64,000 bases of DNA from Eledone cirrhosa (Eukaryota). The notes beneath the pieces are model-generated. The model had not been told where the DNA came from. It saw only the letters and a program-made list of their open reading frames with translations, and searched no databases. Positions 61,521 to 64,000 of this stretch are shown one piece after another (the stretch's first letter is position 1; each line of letters begins with the position of its first letter). Location of the stretch: NCBI GenBank assembly GCA_964016885.1, contig OZ024740.1, positions 401,388,001-401,452,000 of the forward strand, written 5' to 3'. The position numbers were made by a program, and so were the translations under genes.

Positions 61521-63761
61521 CAGTACAACATAGAACACTATGTAGAGTATGTGCATCATAGAACACTATGTAGAATCAGTACAGTAGAGAACACTATATA
61601 GAATCAGAACAACATAGAACACTATGTAGAATCAGTACAACATAGAACACTATGTAGAATCAGTACAACATAGAACACTATGTAGAATCAGTACAACATA
61701 GAACAATATGTAGAATCAGTACAACATAGAACACCATTTAGATTCAACACAACATAGAACATTACGTAGAATCAGTTCAACATAGAACACTATGTAGAAT
61801 CAGTACAGTATAGAACACTATGTAGAATCAGTACAGTATATAACACTATATAGAATCAGTATAATATAGAACACTATGTATAATCAGTACAGTATAGACT
61901 ACTATCCAGAATCATTACAGTATAGAACACTATGTAGAATCACTACAGTATAGAACACTATTTAGAATCAGTACAATATAGAACACTATGTAGAATCAGT
62001 AAGTATAGAACACTATGTAGAGTCAGTACAGTATAGAACACTATGTAGAATCAGTACAACATAGAACACTACGTAGAATCAGTACAATATAGACTACTAT
62101 GCAGAATCAGTACAGTATAGAACACTATGTAGTATCAGTACAACATAGAACACTATGTATAATCAGTACAGTATAGACCACTATGTAGAATCACTAAAAC
62201 ATTGAACACTATGTAGAATCTACACAACATAGAACACAATGTAGAATCACTACACTATAGAACACTATGTAGAATCAGTATAACATAGAACACTATGTAG
62301 AATCAGTACACTATAGAACACTATGTAGAATCAGTACAACATAGAACTTTATGTATAATCAGTACAACATACAACACTATGTAGAATCAGTACAGTATAG
62401 AACACTATGTAGAATCAGTACTGTATAGAACACGATGTAGAATCAGTACATTATAGAACACTATGTAGAATATGTGCATCATAGAACACTATGTAGAATC
62501 AGTACAGTAGAGAACACTATGTAGAAACAGTACAGTTTAGACTACTATGCAGAATCAGTACAGTGTAGAACACTATGTAGAATCACTACAGTATAGAACA
62601 CTATGTAGAATCAGTACAATATAGAACACTATGTAGAATCAGTAAGTATAGAACACTATGTAGAATCAGGACAGTATATGACACTATTTAGAATCAGTAC
62701 ACTATAGAACACTATGTAAAATTAGTACAACATAGAACACTATGTAGAATCGGTACAGTAGAGAACACTATGTAGAATCAGTACAACATAGAACACTATG
62801 TAGAATATGTGCATCATAGAACACTATGTAGAATCAGTACAGTAGAGAACACTATATAGAATCAGTACAATATAGAACACTATGTAGAATCAGTACAACA
62901 TAGAACACTATGTAGAATATGTGCATCATAGAACACTATGTAGAATCAGTACAGTAGAGAACACTATATAGAATCAGTACAACATAGAACACTATGTAGA
63001 ATCAGTACAACATAGAACACTATGCAGAATCAGTACAACATAGAACAATATGTAGAATCAGTACAACATAGAACACCATTTAGATTCAACACAACATAGA
63101 ACATTACGTAGAATCAGTTCAACATAGAACACTATGTAGAATCAGTACAGTATATAACACTATGTAGAAACAGTACAGTTTAGACTACTATGCAGAATCA
63201 GTACAGTGTAGAACACTATGTAGAATCACTACAGTATAGAACACTATGTAGAATCAGTACAATATAGAACACTATGTAGAATCAGTAAGTATAGAACACT
63301 ATGTAGAATCAGTACAGTATATGACACTATTTAGAATCAGTACACTATAGAACACTATGTAAAATCAGTACAACATAGAACACTATGTAGAATCGGTACA
63401 GTATAGAACACTATGTAGAATCAGTACAACATAGAACACTATGTAGAGTATGTGCATCATAGAACACTATGTAGAATCAGTACAGTAGAGAACACTATAT
63501 AGAATCAGAACAACATAGAACACTATGTAGAATCAGTACAACATAGAACACTATGTAGAATCAGTACAACATAGAACACTATGTAGAATCAGTACAACAT
63601 AGAACAATATGTAGAATCAGTACAACATAGAACACCATTTAGATTCAACACAACATAGAACATTACGTAGAATCAGTTCAACATAGAACACTATGTAGAA
63701 TCAGTACAGTATAGAACACTATGTAGAATCAGTACAGTATATAACACTATATAGAATCAGT
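59835..63761. repeat. Near-identical tandem duplication, period 1901 bp (68 monomers minus 3 bp)
   Basis: CTACGTAG (C at 60171/62072) and TGTAGAGTATGTGC 61541/63442. 27-bp monomers lie at 60097, 60740 and 61383, then 61998, 62641 and 63284. Confidence 0.92.
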
Positions 63762-64000
63762 ACAATATAGAACACTATGTATAATCAGTAAAGTATAGAC
63801 CACTATGTAGAATCACTAAAACATTGAACACTATGTAGAATCAACACAACATAGAACACTATGTAGAATTAGTACACTATAGAACACTATGTAGAATCAG
63901 TAAAACATAGAACACTATGTAGAATCAGTACAACATAGAACACTATGTAGAATCAGTACAACATATAACACTATGTAGAATCAGCACAGCATAGAACACT

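Larger units (their letters stand above)
1..64000. repeat. 28-bp tandem satellite array, consensus AATCAGTACA(AC/GT)ATAGAACACTATGTAG, ~2,290 monomers, single orientation, truncated by both window ends
   Basis: Monomer is read directly at 1-28 and recurs throughout. Phase is exact over the first ~5.3 kb (monomers start at 421, 841, 2101, 4201). Only occasional -1, -2, +1 or +2 bp indels occur later. Each consensus monomer carries GTAC (RsaI) and a junction-spanning GAATC (HinfI). Confidence 0.99.

Noticed and set aside
1-64000. CRISPR array (28-bp repeat with an internal dyad)
   Set aside because: Monomers abut directly, there are no unique spacers, and there is no leader or cas gene.
1-64000. 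Repetitive protein-coding region
   Set aside because: 28 is not a multiple of 3, so all frames cycle through the stops. The + strand has two TAGs per monomer and the - strand has TAG and TGA, leaving only ~21-23 open codons in the consensus.
1-64000. Telomerase-made long telomeric repeat
   Set aside because: There is no G-rich strand, and kb-scale inherited variant patterns indicate recombinational amplification rather than synthesis from one template.
1-64000. Pure sequencing or rolling-circle concatemer artefact
   Set aside because: Complex variants and indels recur identically in nested blocks, which random error would not produce. The copy number of the youngest blocks still needs read support.
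1-64000. Assignment to a named species or satellite family
   Set aside because: I do not reliably recognise the monomer. A database search is needed.

Overview
The whole 64 kb is one uninterrupted, head-to-tail tandem array (satellite or very long minisatellite) of a 28-bp monomer, consensus AATCAGTACA[AC/GT]ATAGAACACTATGTAG (about 2,290 copies, 9/28 = 32% GC, A-rich + strand, no CpG in the consensus). I see no genes, RNA genes, transposons, CRISPR spacers, inversions or unique sequence, and the array runs off both ends. The structure lies inside the array. Two co-dominant monomer types (AC and GT) are interspersed. Each monomer has a small dyad, and the monomer looks built from pentamers. 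Rare variant monomers reveal nested tandem duplications (offsets 140, 308, 643, 893, 1624, 1901, ~2772, 3974, 4003, 5231, 5737 and 6103 bp), and the left and right parts carry different variant sets. An array of this size suggests a eukaryotic genome, but I cannot name the organism or repeat family from sequence alone. I found no convincing novel gene system, and the functional ideas below are hypotheses. Offsets were read by eye from marker variants, so boundaries are accurate to about one or two monomers.
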